Positions 47,308 to 56,626 of a stretch of DNA of 64,000 nucleotides are shown here, piece after piece. A program made the translations under genes and the position numbers. Numbering within the stretch: the stretch's first letter is position 1; each line of letters begins with the position of its first letter. The notes beneath the pieces were generated by a model that was given only the letters and a program-made list of their open reading frames with translations, searched no databases and was not told the origin of the DNA. Source of the DNA: a virus (lineage: Duplodnaviria; Caudoviricetes); the IMG/VR virus record IMGVR_UViG_3300033069_001745, positions 1 through 64,000 of that record. One strand, given 5' to 3'.

Positions 47308-50300
47308 GTGGAGTATCAGCGGTGGATCTTGTCGCTCATGCCGTTGGGCGGCTCGACGTTCTCGATGAACGGACATACCTATGCATCCCCGAGCCTCTTC
47401 GAGGACGACCACGGGATGCGGACGCTGGCCCTGCGCCGGGAGCCCGCCGGGTTCCTCATTCCGGTGCATCTCTGGGTACGGGCGTTCACCGACACCCCGA
47501 CCATCATCGCCTTCACCGACGACACGGCGTGGTATGGCATCACAGTGCAACAGTGGCTCGACGAGCGCACCGAGAACCGGGTGGATGCCACCTACGCCAT
47601 TGCCCCGGAGAAACTCCGAAGGTTCGATTACTTGCCGTCTTTCAAGGATTTCGTGCTTCTTGGGAAAGAGTCGATTGCTCCGAAATCTTCGTTCGTCCAT
47701 CTCCATTCACATAGTGAATTCTCAGCGTTAGACGGGTACTCGCATGTTTCGGAAATGGTTGCGGAAGCTGTACGCAATAATCAACCTGCCCTGGCGCTGA
47801 CCGATCACGGTGTCTGTTCGGGACATCCCGCCTTACAGATCGAGGCGAAGAAGGCCGGAATCAAGCCTGTCTATGGCATCGAGAGTTATTTTGTTGACGA
47901 TCGATTCTTCCGACCGATGCGGAAACCGGCCAAGACGCAGTTCAAGGACGAGGACGAGTATCAGCGTCTGATTCGGCAGTGGGAAGAGGAGCAGAAGCGG
48001 GGGAAGGACTACTGGCACCTCGTGCTGTGGGCCCAGACCGAGGAGGGCTTACGAAACCTCTGGGCGGCCAGCTCCGAGGCCCAGCGGGAGGGCAAGTACC
48101 GGGGCAAACCCCAGATGGATTGGAGCACCCTGGAGCGCCACGCCGAGGGGCTCATGGTGTCTACCGCGTGCTTGCGGGGCCCGCTGTCGGCCGCCTTGCT
48201 CAACGAGAACCACGAGCTGGCCAACCAGCGCCTGGGGCGCTTGATCGACATCTTCGGGGGCCGAGTGCACCTAGAGATCCATACCAACCAGATGCCCGAG
48301 CAGAAGCTCCTGAACGAGCGCCTGATCACGATGGCCCGAGACTTCTCGCTACCCGTGGTGGCGGTGAGCGACTCGCACTATCCCACCGCCGAGCACAAGC
48401 TGTGCCACAAGGTGTGGATCGCTGTGCAGACCGACTCCGATCTGCAAGACGATGCCGACCTGTTCGCCGGGGACGAGGACTACCACTTGCTCTCCGAGCA
48501 GGAAGCTCGACACTCGTTGAGCTACCTCCCGCCCGCCGTGGTGGACGAGGCCATCAGCAACACCTCGTTGGTGGCCGAGCAGTGTGACGCCACGATTCGA
48601 TCCCGAGGCTCGGCTCCCGTGTTCTCCAAGCGCCCGACGAGGGAGGAGTCTCAGCGCCGGGACGTGGAGCGCCTCACCGAGATTTGCCTGAACAACTGGC
48701 ACAAGACGGTGGGCAAGAAGTTCCCCCAGGAGATCTATGAAGAGCGGTTTGCTCGTGAAATGAAGCTCCTGGTTAATAAGGATTTCTGTGGATACTTCCT
48801 TATGGTTTCGAATTACTGCCGCCATGCACGGGACAACGGGGTATTAGTCGGCCCCGGAAGGGGCAGTGGTGGAGGCTGTTTGGTCGCTTATTTAGCGAAC
48901 ATAACTGAGATAGACCCGGTTGAAGCCGAACTCATCTTCGAGAGATTCCTCACCTCGGGGCGTAAGGGGCTTCCTGATTTTGACGTCGACTTCCCATCTT
49001 CCATGCGCGAATGGTTGACCAACTTCATTATCGACTACCACGGCGAGGATCACGTGGTGCGGGTGGGGACACACACCTACCTCCGCAACAAGGGAGCGGT
49101 GCGCTCGCTGGCCAAGGTGCTCGGGTCGACGATCCAGATTCACTTCCCGGACATTGAGATGATCTGTGCCATCATCGACGAGGCCGAAGCCGACTCGGCG
49201 GGCTTGGGGCGGGCCTGGGATGAAGTGTGGACAGCGTTCCCCCAGGAGTACGAGCAGTGGTCGAGCAAGTATCCACTCTTGTTCGAGATGGCGGAGAAGA
49301 TCGTGGGGCGCCTCTCCACCTACGGCCAGCACCCGGCGGGCGTGGTGATCGCCACCGATGCCCCGCTCAAGGGTGAAGTGCCGATGCGCTACACCCCGAG
49401 CGGTCACGCGGTGTCCGAGTGGAACATGGAAGCGCTGGAGTCGATCGGGTTGGTGAAGTTCGACCTCCTGACCATCCGTAACCTCGACACGCTCCAGGAG
49501 GGCGTGGACATCGACTCCCGCCTGGCCCAAGAGGCCGCCTCGTTCGGGGCTCGGGTGGCCGAGGAGACCGGGGAGCGCATCGACTTCTACTCCTGGACCG
49601 CCGAGTACGACGACCCCGAGGTATGGGACGCCATCTGTGCCGGTGACACACTGGGGATGTTCCAGATCGAGACCTACGCCGGTACCGCCATGTGTCGGCG
49701 CTACAAGCCCCGGTCGATCCAGGAGCTGGCCGACGTGATCACGCTCATCCGCCCCGGCCCCATGCGATCCGGCCTGACCGACACCTTCCTGCGCCGTCGT
49801 CACGGTGAGGAGGAGGTGACCTTCCCTCACCCACTCCTGGAACAGGTGCTCTCGAAGAGATACGGCACGATTATTTACCAGGAGGACATCCTCAGCGTCT
49901 GCATGATTCTCGCTAAATACGACGAGAACGAAGCGGACGAGGTTCGAAAGATTCTCGGGAAGAAGAAGGTCGAGGAAGCGAAAGAAGCCGGTTTAAAGTT
50001 CGTCCATCGCTGTGAGGAGAACGGTGTTCCTCGATCTGTTTCCGAACCCCTTTGGGAGCAGATGGAGGAGTTCGCCAAGTATAGCTTCGGTAATGCGCAT
50101 GCATTTGGATATGCCACTATAGCCTTCTGGTGCGTCTCAGGTGCAACTAAGATATATGATTGGGACAATAAAGAGTATATTAGTGTCTCCAAGGCATTCA
50201 AGCGTGGTGTTGACCATGTAGCTTGCTTCGATGAGGAAACTGGCAAGACCATCCGGGGTAAAGTTAAGAAGGTTATACGAACCAATGATCTTCACTCTAA

Positions 50301-51255
50301 GACTATGGGGTGGGTTGTCAGAACCAAGTCTAATAAGAGGCTTGAGTGTAGTATAGATCATAGGATTCTTACGCCAGACGGTTACAAGAAGGTTTCTGAA
50401 TTACTTCCTGGAGATATGGTTGCTAGCGAGAAGCGCGTCTCTGTGATGACTGACGAGAGGCGCCGGGCTATCGCTGAGGGGGTGCGTCGTCACTGGGAGG
50501 GGATGAGCCAGGATGATAAGAGATTAAGAATTGAGCGCACTAAGGAATCGCTGCCTACTGAATTACGTTCAACCGCTGCGAAACTTGGATGGTCTCGCAT
50601 GGATAGCGATGAACGTGAAAGTCGCGTTAAGAAATTGGTAGAGTCTGCGACAGGAGGTACTTGGGGTGCTTGTCGCAGGGGCGTGGTTGAAAAGTGTGGT
50701 CACCGGTACGCGTCCAGTAACGAGAGATTTATATGTGAATGGTTCAATCTACATGGGATAGATCATGAGTCTCAGGTTTGGGTTGGATCAGGGTTTGCTG
50801 ATTGGCGTGTGAAGGGTGTATTCATAGAGTTTGATGGATTGGATAGACATGAGTCATACTTCGAGAATAAGTTTGGTGATGATCCGTATATTGTAATCAA
50901 GGATATCAATTACGTAGACCATGACTTACACTTCTTTCTTGAAGAGGATATTATGCGTTCTGGTGGGTTTGTCACGTTTGAGCCAATTGTCAGTATCACT
51001 CCATCTAAACCGATTATTATGTATGACATAGTCATGGAGCAGGCTCCACATAATTTCTTGGCGGATGGAATAGTGGTACACAACTGCGCGTGGCTAAAGG
51101 TCCGGAAGCCGCTGGCCTTCCTCACGGCGGTGCTCTCGACGGCTGACGCCAAGCGCATCCCGGACTTCATCGAGGAGGCGCGCCAGCGAGGGATCACGCC
51201 ACTTCCGCCCGACATCAACACCTCGGATCGACGGTTCTCGGTGGTGCGCCGGTGA
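47308..51255 (+). CDS. dnaE: DNA polymerase III alpha (DnaE), N-terminal gene: PHP and catalytic core, intein-containing
   Basis: VHLHSHSEFSALDG; LTDHG; GPGRGSGGG; LPDFDVDF; HPAGVVI; KFDLL; start re-called at GTG 47308. Confidence 0.92.
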   Translation: MEYQRWILSLMPLGGSTFSMNGHTYASPSLFEDDHGMRTLALRREPAGFLIPVHLWVRAFTDTPTIIAFTDDTAWYGITVQQWLDERTENRVDATYAIAPEKLRRFDYLPSFKDFVLLGKESIAPKSSFVHLHSHSEFSALDGYSHVSEMVAEAVRNNQPALALTDHGVCSGHPALQIEAKKAGIKPVYGIESYFVDDRFFRPMRKPAKTQFKDEDEYQRLIRQWEEEQKRGKDYWHLVLWAQTEEGLRNLWAASSEAQREGKYRGKPQMDWSTLERHAEGLMVSTACLRGPLSAALLNENHELANQRLGRLIDIFGGRVHLEIHTNQMPEQKLLNERLITMARDFSLPVVAVSDSHYPTAEHKLCHKVWIAVQTDSDLQDDADLFAGDEDYHLLSEQEARHSLSYLPPAVVDEAISNTSLVAEQCDATIRSRGSAPVFSKRPTREESQRRDVERLTEICLNNWHKTVGKKFPQEIYEERFAREMKLLVNKDFCGYFLMVSNYCRHARDNGVLVGPGRGSGGGCLVAYLANITEIDPVEAELIFERFLTSGRKGLPDFDVDFPSSMREWLTNFIIDYHGEDHVVRVGTHTYLRNKGAVRSLAKVLGSTIQIHFPDIEMICAIIDEAEADSAGLGRAWDEVWTAFPQEYEQWSSKYPLLFEMAEKIVGRLSTYGQHPAGVVIATDAPLKGEVPMRYTPSGHAVSEWNMEALESIGLVKFDLLTIRNLDTLQEGVDIDSRLAQEAASFGARVAEETGERIDFYSWTAEYDDPEVWDAICAGDTLGMFQIETYAGTAMCRRYKPRSIQELADVITLIRPGPMRSGLTDTFLRRRHGEEEVTFPHPLLEQVLSKRYGTIIYQEDILSVCMILAKYDENEADEVRKILGKKKVEEAKEAGLKFVHRCEENGVPRSVSEPLWEQMEEFAKYSFGNAHAFGYATIAFWCVSGATKIYDWDNKEYISVSKAFKRGVDHVACFDEETGKTIRGKVKKVIRTNDLHSKTMGWVVRTKSNKRLECSIDHRILTPDGYKKVSELLPGDMVASEKRVSVMTDERRRAIAEGVRRHWEGMSQDDKRLRIERTKESLPTELRSTAAKLGWSRMDSDERESRVKKLVESATGGTWGACRRGVVEKCGHRYASSNERFICEWFNLHGIDHESQVWVGSGFADWRVKGVFIEFDGLDRHESYFENKFGDDPYIVIKDINYVDHDLHFFLEEDIMRSGGFVTFEPIVSITPSKPIIMYDIVMEQAPHNFLADGIVVHNCAWLKVRKPLAFLTAVLSTADAKRIPDFIEEARQRGITPLPPDINTSDRRFSVVRR
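50131..51084 (+). mobile_element. Intein (318 aa) with NUMOD3-like repeats and a DUF559/Vsr-like endonuclease
   Basis: Starts CVSGATKI; block B SIDHRILT; ends NFLADGIVVHN followed by Cys; SSNERFICEWF...FIEFDG; low GC. Confidence 0.9.
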
Positions 51256-52082
51256 CCGCCCTGGAAGAGCCCGAGCTGCGCTACACCGTGCGCTACGGCA
51301 TCACCGACATCGCTGGGGTGGGTGACAGCGCCTACGAGGCCATCTTGGCTGGGCGGCCCTACACCAGCTTCACCGACTTCCTGGAGCGCCGGGGCACCAA
51401 GTGCAACTCGGCCGACATCGATCGCTTGGTGCGCATCGGGGCGTTCGACTCACTGCACCCTGATCGAGCCAAGCTCATCGCGGAGTGGGAGTGGGTCAAG
51501 CGTCAGTCGGAGAATCTCTGCCGCTGGCGCAACGAGAGCCACCTGGGGGTCAAGGGGTTGCCGTGCACCCGAGACTGGTCGGACGTGCCGGTGGAGCTGA
51601 AGCGTGACGGGACCCCGAAGAAGAACCAGAAGGGTCCCCCGAGCAAGTGCACCCGGGCGTGCTGGAAGTATGAGCCAATCGAGCCACCCGACCTGGGCAG
51701 TGTGGCACCATTGACCGAGAGCGATGTGCGGGGGATCGAGCGGGAGATGCTGGGTGTGTACCTATCATCCACCCCGTTCGATGACCTCGACCCCAAGCTG
51801 GTGGAGGAGTGTCACCGAAGCGCTGACCTCGATGCGGCCAGTGCTGGCCAGCGGGTGATGGTGTGCGTGCAGATCGAGTCGTGCTCTACGCGCAACGATC
51901 GCAACGGCAACCCGATGGGTTTCCTCGGGCTCCTGACTCATGACGGCACCAAGCTCCGGGCGGTGTGCTTCTACCGCAAGTGGGCCCAGATCAGGATCGA
52001 TGTCTACGTGGAGCGCCTGATGTTCGGGGTGCTCTCCAAGACCGATCGGGGCTGGGTGGTCGAGGGGCTCATGCCCGCCTAG
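51252..52082 (+). CDS. dnaE: DnaE C-terminal part (HhH and OB fold) as a separate gene
   Basis: VRYGITDIAGVG; RIGAFDSL; EREMLGVYLSSTP; NGNPMGFL; GTGA overlap. Confidence 0.85.
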   Translation: MTALEEPELRYTVRYGITDIAGVGDSAYEAILAGRPYTSFTDFLERRGTKCNSADIDRLVRIGAFDSLHPDRAKLIAEWEWVKRQSENLCRWRNESHLGVKGLPCTRDWSDVPVELKRDGTPKKNQKGPPSKCTRACWKYEPIEPPDLGSVAPLTESDVRGIEREMLGVYLSSTPFDDLDPKLVEECHRSADLDAASAGQRVMVCVQIESCSTRNDRNGNPMGFLGLLTHDGTKLRAVCFYRKWAQIRIDVYVERLMFGVLSKTDRGWVVEGLMPA

Positions 52083-52130
52083 TAAACAATTCTTTTCCAC
52101 GATCGAACTGCATGCAAAGGATTCTTCCCT

Positions 52131-53306
52131 GTGGCTACCCCGTCCGCGAACCGTGCCTTCGAGAGCTTCTTGTCCAAGTTCGAGAAGTCTCACCTCACTC
52201 CGCTGACCGAGGCGGAGACCCGTGCTCCGTACAAGGTTATTTCGACTGGATCTTTCGCCCTTGATTATGCTCTTGGTGTTGGTGGGTGGGTTGAGGGTCG
52301 CTTAGTCGAGATTTGGGGCAATGACTCGATCGGGAAGACGACGTTCTCTTTAGTGAGTGTTGCCGAGGCGCAGAAGGCGTATCCGAAGAAGCAAGTCGCT
52401 TTCATAGATATGGAGCAGACCTTTGATCTGGGGTTGGCCAAGGGCGTAGGGGTAGACACCTCTCGGCTCTGGGTGTTCACTCCGTCGTCGGCGGAAGCGG
52501 TGGCCGACGCGGTGAAGGACATCATCAGCTCGGGGTTCTTCTCCATGGTGGTGCTCGACTCGGTGGGGGCGATGATCCCCGAGGCCGAGAAGGAGAAGGA
52601 CGCCGACGAGGCAGTGGTGGCCATCCAGGCCAAGATCGTGACTCGCATGGTGAAGATCGCTGCTGTGGAGTGCGCCAAGACGGACACCATCTTCATCCTG
52701 CTCAATCAGGTGCGCTCGTTGATCGGGGCCATGAGGGGCCCGACTACCACGACTGGCGGCGGGTGGGCGCTTAAGCACGTCACCACCCACAAGGTGCAGC
52801 TCTCGCGCACCGGTACCAAGCCCTACGAAGTGCGGATAGACGGCGAGGATCGCGTCGTGGGCTACGAGCTGCGGGCGAAGGTTGAGCGCAACAAGGTGGC
52901 CCCGCCCCATCGCATCGCCACGTTCAACCTGTTCAACCAGGCCACGGATCGCTACGGCCCCCGGGGCGTAGATCGAGTTGACGAGGTGATCACCCTGGGA
53001 ATGCGAAGAGATGTCGGGATGATCCAGCACAGTGGGTCGTGGTACACCCTGGTCACCACGGGCGAGCAAGTGCAGGGCCTCGACAAGATGAAGGATCTTC
53101 TGCGATCCCAACCCGGGGAGATGGTCAAGATTCGTGAGGCGGCGGTATCTGCGGTGGCCCACGAAGTGCACGCCGAAGACGAAGATCCTGACGACGAGCC
53201 CGAAGAATCGGCAGAGAGCGACGAGGCTGAACGGTTGGAGAGGATCGTGGCCAAGGCCGTCCCGCAGTTCCGCAAGGGTGATCCGAGCGACGAGGCGGAG
53301 GACTGA
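52131..53306 (+). CDS. recA: RecA-like recombinase
   Basis: ISTGSFALDYALGVGG; GNDSIGKTT; AFIDME; VVLDSVGAM; LLNQVR; GGGWALK. Confidence 0.92.
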   Translation: MATPSANRAFESFLSKFEKSHLTPLTEAETRAPYKVISTGSFALDYALGVGGWVEGRLVEIWGNDSIGKTTFSLVSVAEAQKAYPKKQVAFIDMEQTFDLGLAKGVGVDTSRLWVFTPSSAEAVADAVKDIISSGFFSMVVLDSVGAMIPEAEKEKDADEAVVAIQAKIVTRMVKIAAVECAKTDTIFILLNQVRSLIGAMRGPTTTTGGGWALKHVTTHKVQLSRTGTKPYEVRIDGEDRVVGYELRAKVERNKVAPPHRIATFNLFNQATDRYGPRGVDRVDEVITLGMRRDVGMIQHSGSWYTLVTTGEQVQGLDKMKDLLRSQPGEMVKIREAAVSAVAHEVHAEDEDPDDEPEESAESDEAERLERIVAKAVPQFRKGDPSDEAED

Positions 53307-53668
53307 TGGCCCGGCGTGATATCACGCGCCAGCTCTCGGATCGCCACGAGGCTGATGCGGCGAAGTTCTTCGGCGGCCGGGTACCGAGGGGCTCCGGGAA
53401 TCAATGGAGGGACCCTCTCGACGGGCGTCAGAACCGCATGGAGCAGCGCGTGGCCTTCGCCTGGGATGCGAAAGCCACGGAGAAGCAGTCGATCGGCGTG
53501 AGTCTGGCGATGTGGGACAAGACGGTTGAGCAGTCACACGGGGAGCGCCCGATGCTTTTGCTGCGTTTCTACGGCCCCGGGCTGCGGGTGGACCAGGATC
53601 TGGCGGTGATCGGATGGGATGACCTCCAGGAGCTTCTGGAGATCGTCAACGGAGGTGAGGAGCGGTGA
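53306..53668 (+). CDS. PD-(D/E)xK nuclease, Holliday-junction-resolvase-like
   Basis: HE....FGG....GSG....D...DAKAT. Confidence 0.7.
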   Translation: MARRDITRQLSDRHEADAAKFFGGRVPRGSGNQWRDPLDGRQNRMEQRVAFAWDAKATEKQSIGVSLAMWDKTVEQSHGERPMLLLRFYGPGLRVDQDLAVIGWDDLQELLEIVNGGEER

Positions 53669-54453
53669 CTGCCGCCCGACCGGCCTTCCGCAAGTTCGTG
53701 GTGGAGATGGACAAGGGGACGGTGCTGATACCTCTCTTGCACAGCTATCTCTTCGACGCGAAATTCCCCAAAGACTTTTCCGTAGACTTTCACTATCACT
53801 CGATGCATCGAGCGCCCGATGGATGGTTCCATCCGTCTACCCACCCCATCTGGCCCGCCCGGAAGCTCTGGCTCCACTGTCGGTACCCCGAGGCTACGAT
53901 CTTGACCTCCAAGGAGTACATGGGCACGCTGTCGGTCACCATGGGTACTGCCGTGCATTCGTTCATCCAGATGTGCCTGGATGACATGGGGGTTCTGGAA
54001 GCGGCTGAGGTTCCCGCCGTGGATGACGAGCTTCACTCTCGGGGCTCGATGGATGGTGTATTGAAACTCCCTGCCGGGCCATTCGGTGGTATCAATCGGC
54101 AGTTACTAGAATTTAAGACGAGCAATTTAGCGAAGCTCGGACGACTAAAGAGTCTCGATCTCGAAGCGTTCAAGAATACCTGGCCGGAATACTACCTCCA
54201 GGTGCAGGAGTACATGCGGGTCTCGGGGCTACGAGTGGCGGTGGTGCTCTTCATGGCGCTCGGCTACCCGTGGGAGCTGCGAGAGTTCCACGTGCCTTAT
54301 GACGAGCGCATCGCAGCGTCGCTCAAGGAGAAGTACCGCATCGCTCTGGGCCCCGACCTGCCCCAGCCGTGCTGTGCCCCGGGGTCGTCGGTGGCTGCCT
54401 CGTGCCCGATGCGTACCGTGTGCCCGGTGGCGGGTGGGGTGCTTCCGTCATGA
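53665..54453 (+). CDS. Cas4/RecB-like PD-(D/E)xK exonuclease
   Basis: GTAVH; GSMDG; LEFKT; QVQEY; C-terminal CC.....C....C. Confidence 0.8.
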   Translation: MTAARPAFRKFVVEMDKGTVLIPLLHSYLFDAKFPKDFSVDFHYHSMHRAPDGWFHPSTHPIWPARKLWLHCRYPEATILTSKEYMGTLSVTMGTAVHSFIQMCLDDMGVLEAAEVPAVDDELHSRGSMDGVLKLPAGPFGGINRQLLEFKTSNLAKLGRLKSLDLEAFKNTWPEYYLQVQEYMRVSGLRVAVVLFMALGYPWELREFHVPYDERIAASLKEKYRIALGPDLPQPCCAPGSSVAASCPMRTVCPVAGGVLPS

Positions 54454-54986
54454 TCATCGCCGGGTTCGACCAGAGCCTGAATGCGTGCGGGTACGTCTTC
54501 GTACGCCTCGACGGCTTGAAGGTTCATCCAATCACCGCCGGAACGCTCAGTGGAGATGACGGGGTGCACCCGGCGGTAGCTCTGGGGTGGTCAAAGATGG
54601 TTCAGCCGCTCGTGCAGGCGGAGAACTTGCAGATTCAGGTGCGCGATCTGCTTATGGAGCACGAGCCCAGCCTGGTGTGCTTGGAGCGGCCTCCGATACG
54701 ACGCCCCGGGATCGAGCGGGAATCCAGCTTGCTGTCCGCTGGGGCGGTGGTGGGTGCCGCCTTAAGCCTGGATATCCCGTTCACCGACGTGGGAGCCCAG
54801 GCGGCCAAGCGCCGCCTCACCGGTTTCGCCAACGCCGGGAAGTCCCAGGTGCGGAAGGCGTTCATCCAGAAGTGGCCTAATTTATCCGAGCGGATGATAC
54901 GAACTGCTGACCAGCGTGATGCATGGTTGGTTGTGTGGGAGCATCTCTCCGGGTGGCGCGAGCAGTTCGAGTGTGAAGGCGGGTGA
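54450..54986 (+). CDS. ruvC: RuvC-like Holliday junction resolvase
   Basis: IAGFDQS...GY; CLERP; AKRRLTGFANAGKSQV; DQRDA. Confidence 0.8.
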   Translation: MIIAGFDQSLNACGYVFVRLDGLKVHPITAGTLSGDDGVHPAVALGWSKMVQPLVQAENLQIQVRDLLMEHEPSLVCLERPPIRRPGIERESSLLSAGAVVGAALSLDIPFTDVGAQAAKRRLTGFANAGKSQVRKAFIQKWPNLSERMIRTADQRDAWLVVWEHLSGWREQFECEGG

Positions 54987-54992
54987 GGGGCG

Positions 54993-55700
54993 ATGAGTGA
55001 TCCTCAGGGGTTGCGAGCCTCAGGGCAGACCCAGGTTGACGAGGTGGTGCACGCCGAGTCGATGCTGGCCGATGCCGAGATCGAGGTGGATGGACTCCCT
55101 CATCTGCCCGAGGAAGGCCACCAGGCCCAGTTTCGCACCCCGGGGTTCTCCCGGATGCGCACCGATTGGACCGGGCCCGACGGAGCCCTAGTGCGCCGCA
55201 TGTTGCACGAGATCGACGAACACATCGTGCACGAGTTCGCGGACGCTTACGTAGTGATGAACGATCTGTTCGAGATCGTGCGTACCCCCGAGCTGGACGC
55301 CACCGGCATGCCGATGCGTGACGCTGTGGGACTCATCATCTGGAAGCGCAAGCCCAACGGTTCGTGGGACGAGGACTGGAACCGACTCACCCGAGCCCAG
55401 AAGGAGAACTTCCTCTTCGCCATCACGACCAGGCTCTTTGCCTGGGAGCAACGGGCGGCCGAGCGCTGGACGGAGTCGATGGTGGCCAAGGGGGTATGGG
55501 AGGAGGCGTTCTCCGTGGCCTACACCGGTCCCCAGACGGCGGGCCGCCCGACGATCGAGGATCGCACCGCTACGGCCAAGGCAGCGTCGGCCGAGGATCG
55601 GTACTTCGCCATCTTCTCGGCGGCCTATTCCCGCAGGGCTGACGCCATTGTTCGCTGTATGCGAGATCTCGGTCAGCGACTCAAGGACACCTTGATCTAG
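54993..55700 (+). CDS. Hypothetical helical protein
   Basis: 235 aa, in the operon. Confidence 0.7.
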   Translation: MSDPQGLRASGQTQVDEVVHAESMLADAEIEVDGLPHLPEEGHQAQFRTPGFSRMRTDWTGPDGALVRRMLHEIDEHIVHEFADAYVVMNDLFEIVRTPELDATGMPMRDAVGLIIWKRKPNGSWDEDWNRLTRAQKENFLFAITTRLFAWEQRAAERWTESMVAKGVWEEAFSVAYTGPQTAGRPTIEDRTATAKAASAEDRYFAIFSAAYSRRADAIVRCMRDLGQRLKDTLI

Positions 55701-55755
55701 CGAGTTCCCCGGGATGCCGTCGGATTCGTGACGAATTCTGGCATTATGCTCGTCG

Positions 55756-56487
55756 GTGAGTCGGTTACCTTCCGCTGGTGCCCTGTCTTCGGGCTTGACT
55801 GTCGCTGTGCTGCGAGAGCTATTCCGCAACCTCGCACTATTTCGATCTACGTATGAAGACCACGGCGTTGATACCGTGAAGTACGGAAAGCTTGAGATCA
55901 CAATCTGGGATATGGAGTACCTTTACTCTATCCTCGATCAGCTCCCATCACGTCAGCACCAAGCTATTGAGTTCTGTTTGGTACGCCAATTCAAGGAACG
56001 TGAAGTTGCCTTGATGATGGGAGTATCAGAGACAAATCCGGTTGCGATGTATGCCACCTCGGGTCTGGAGAATATTCTCCAGATGATCAATAAGGGGCAA
56101 CTCTTATACTTCCGGAGTGACGATTTCCAGCCCCCAGAGGTAGTCCGGGATCGCCTCCCGACGGGGCTGCTCGGGGTCTGGGACCCGGGATCGTGCCTCT
56201 CGCCCTGGGGTTTGTGGTCGCGTCTCTACTTCCAACAGGAGAGGTTCCAGCATGGCCAGGATGCGCTACGGTGTGAATCGTCAGCTCGAAGACCAGGCGG
56301 ACGAGATCCTGCGCTTGAGCCTGAAGTCGGCCAAGACGCACAGCGAGAAGAAGGATGTCCTGACCCCGTGGAAGGCGCAGGATCGCATCTCGCGAGAGGT
56401 CTACGTGGCGTCTGGGACCCCAGATCCAGCTATTCGCCGTGGGGTATTTGGTCGGGTATACAATCCGGTGCACCGGCATCTCAATAG
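55756..56487 (+). CDS. Sigma-70 region-4-like HTH protein with C-terminal extension overlapping the next gene
   Basis: LDQLPSRQHQAIEFCLVRQFKEREVALMMGVS. Confidence 0.7.
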   Translation: MSRLPSAGALSSGLTVAVLRELFRNLALFRSTYEDHGVDTVKYGKLEITIWDMEYLYSILDQLPSRQHQAIEFCLVRQFKEREVALMMGVSETNPVAMYATSGLENILQMINKGQLLYFRSDDFQPPEVVRDRLPTGLLGVWDPGSCLSPWGLWSRLYFQQERFQHGQDALRCESSARRPGGRDPALEPEVGQDAQREEGCPDPVEGAGSHLARGLRGVWDPRSSYSPWGIWSGIQSGAPASQ

Positions 56488-56626
56488 CCGGGAGGGTATA
56501 GCGCCACCGCTCAAGAACATGGCGGCCATTGACATGGACACGCTACAGTCGCACGTGGAGCGATACTCGACCAGGGAGGACTTCCCGGTGGACCCTCGGG
56601 CATCGTTCGACTCTGCTGAGGAGTGA
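56252..56626 (+). CDS. Hypothetical protein
   Basis: GAGAGG RBS; 124 aa; GTGA coupling to the next gene. Confidence 0.65.
   Translation: MARMRYGVNRQLEDQADEILRLSLKSAKTHSEKKDVLTPWKAQDRISREVYVASGTPDPAIRRGVFGRVYNPVHRHLNSREGIAPPLKNMAAIDMDTLQSHVERYSTREDFPVDPRASFDSAEE

Noticed and set aside
51230-51255. Programmed frameshift or split intein joining the two dnaE genes
   Set aside because: No slippery heptamer and no intein termini; the GTGA overlap fits translational coupling
53665-54453. Cas4 as evidence of a CRISPR system
   Set aside because: It is a solo Cas4/RecB-like exonuclease among recA and resolvase genes, which is common in phages
56173-56460. Diversity-generating retroelement TR/VR pair
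   Set aside because: Many differences are at non-A positions, and there is no reverse transcriptase in the window
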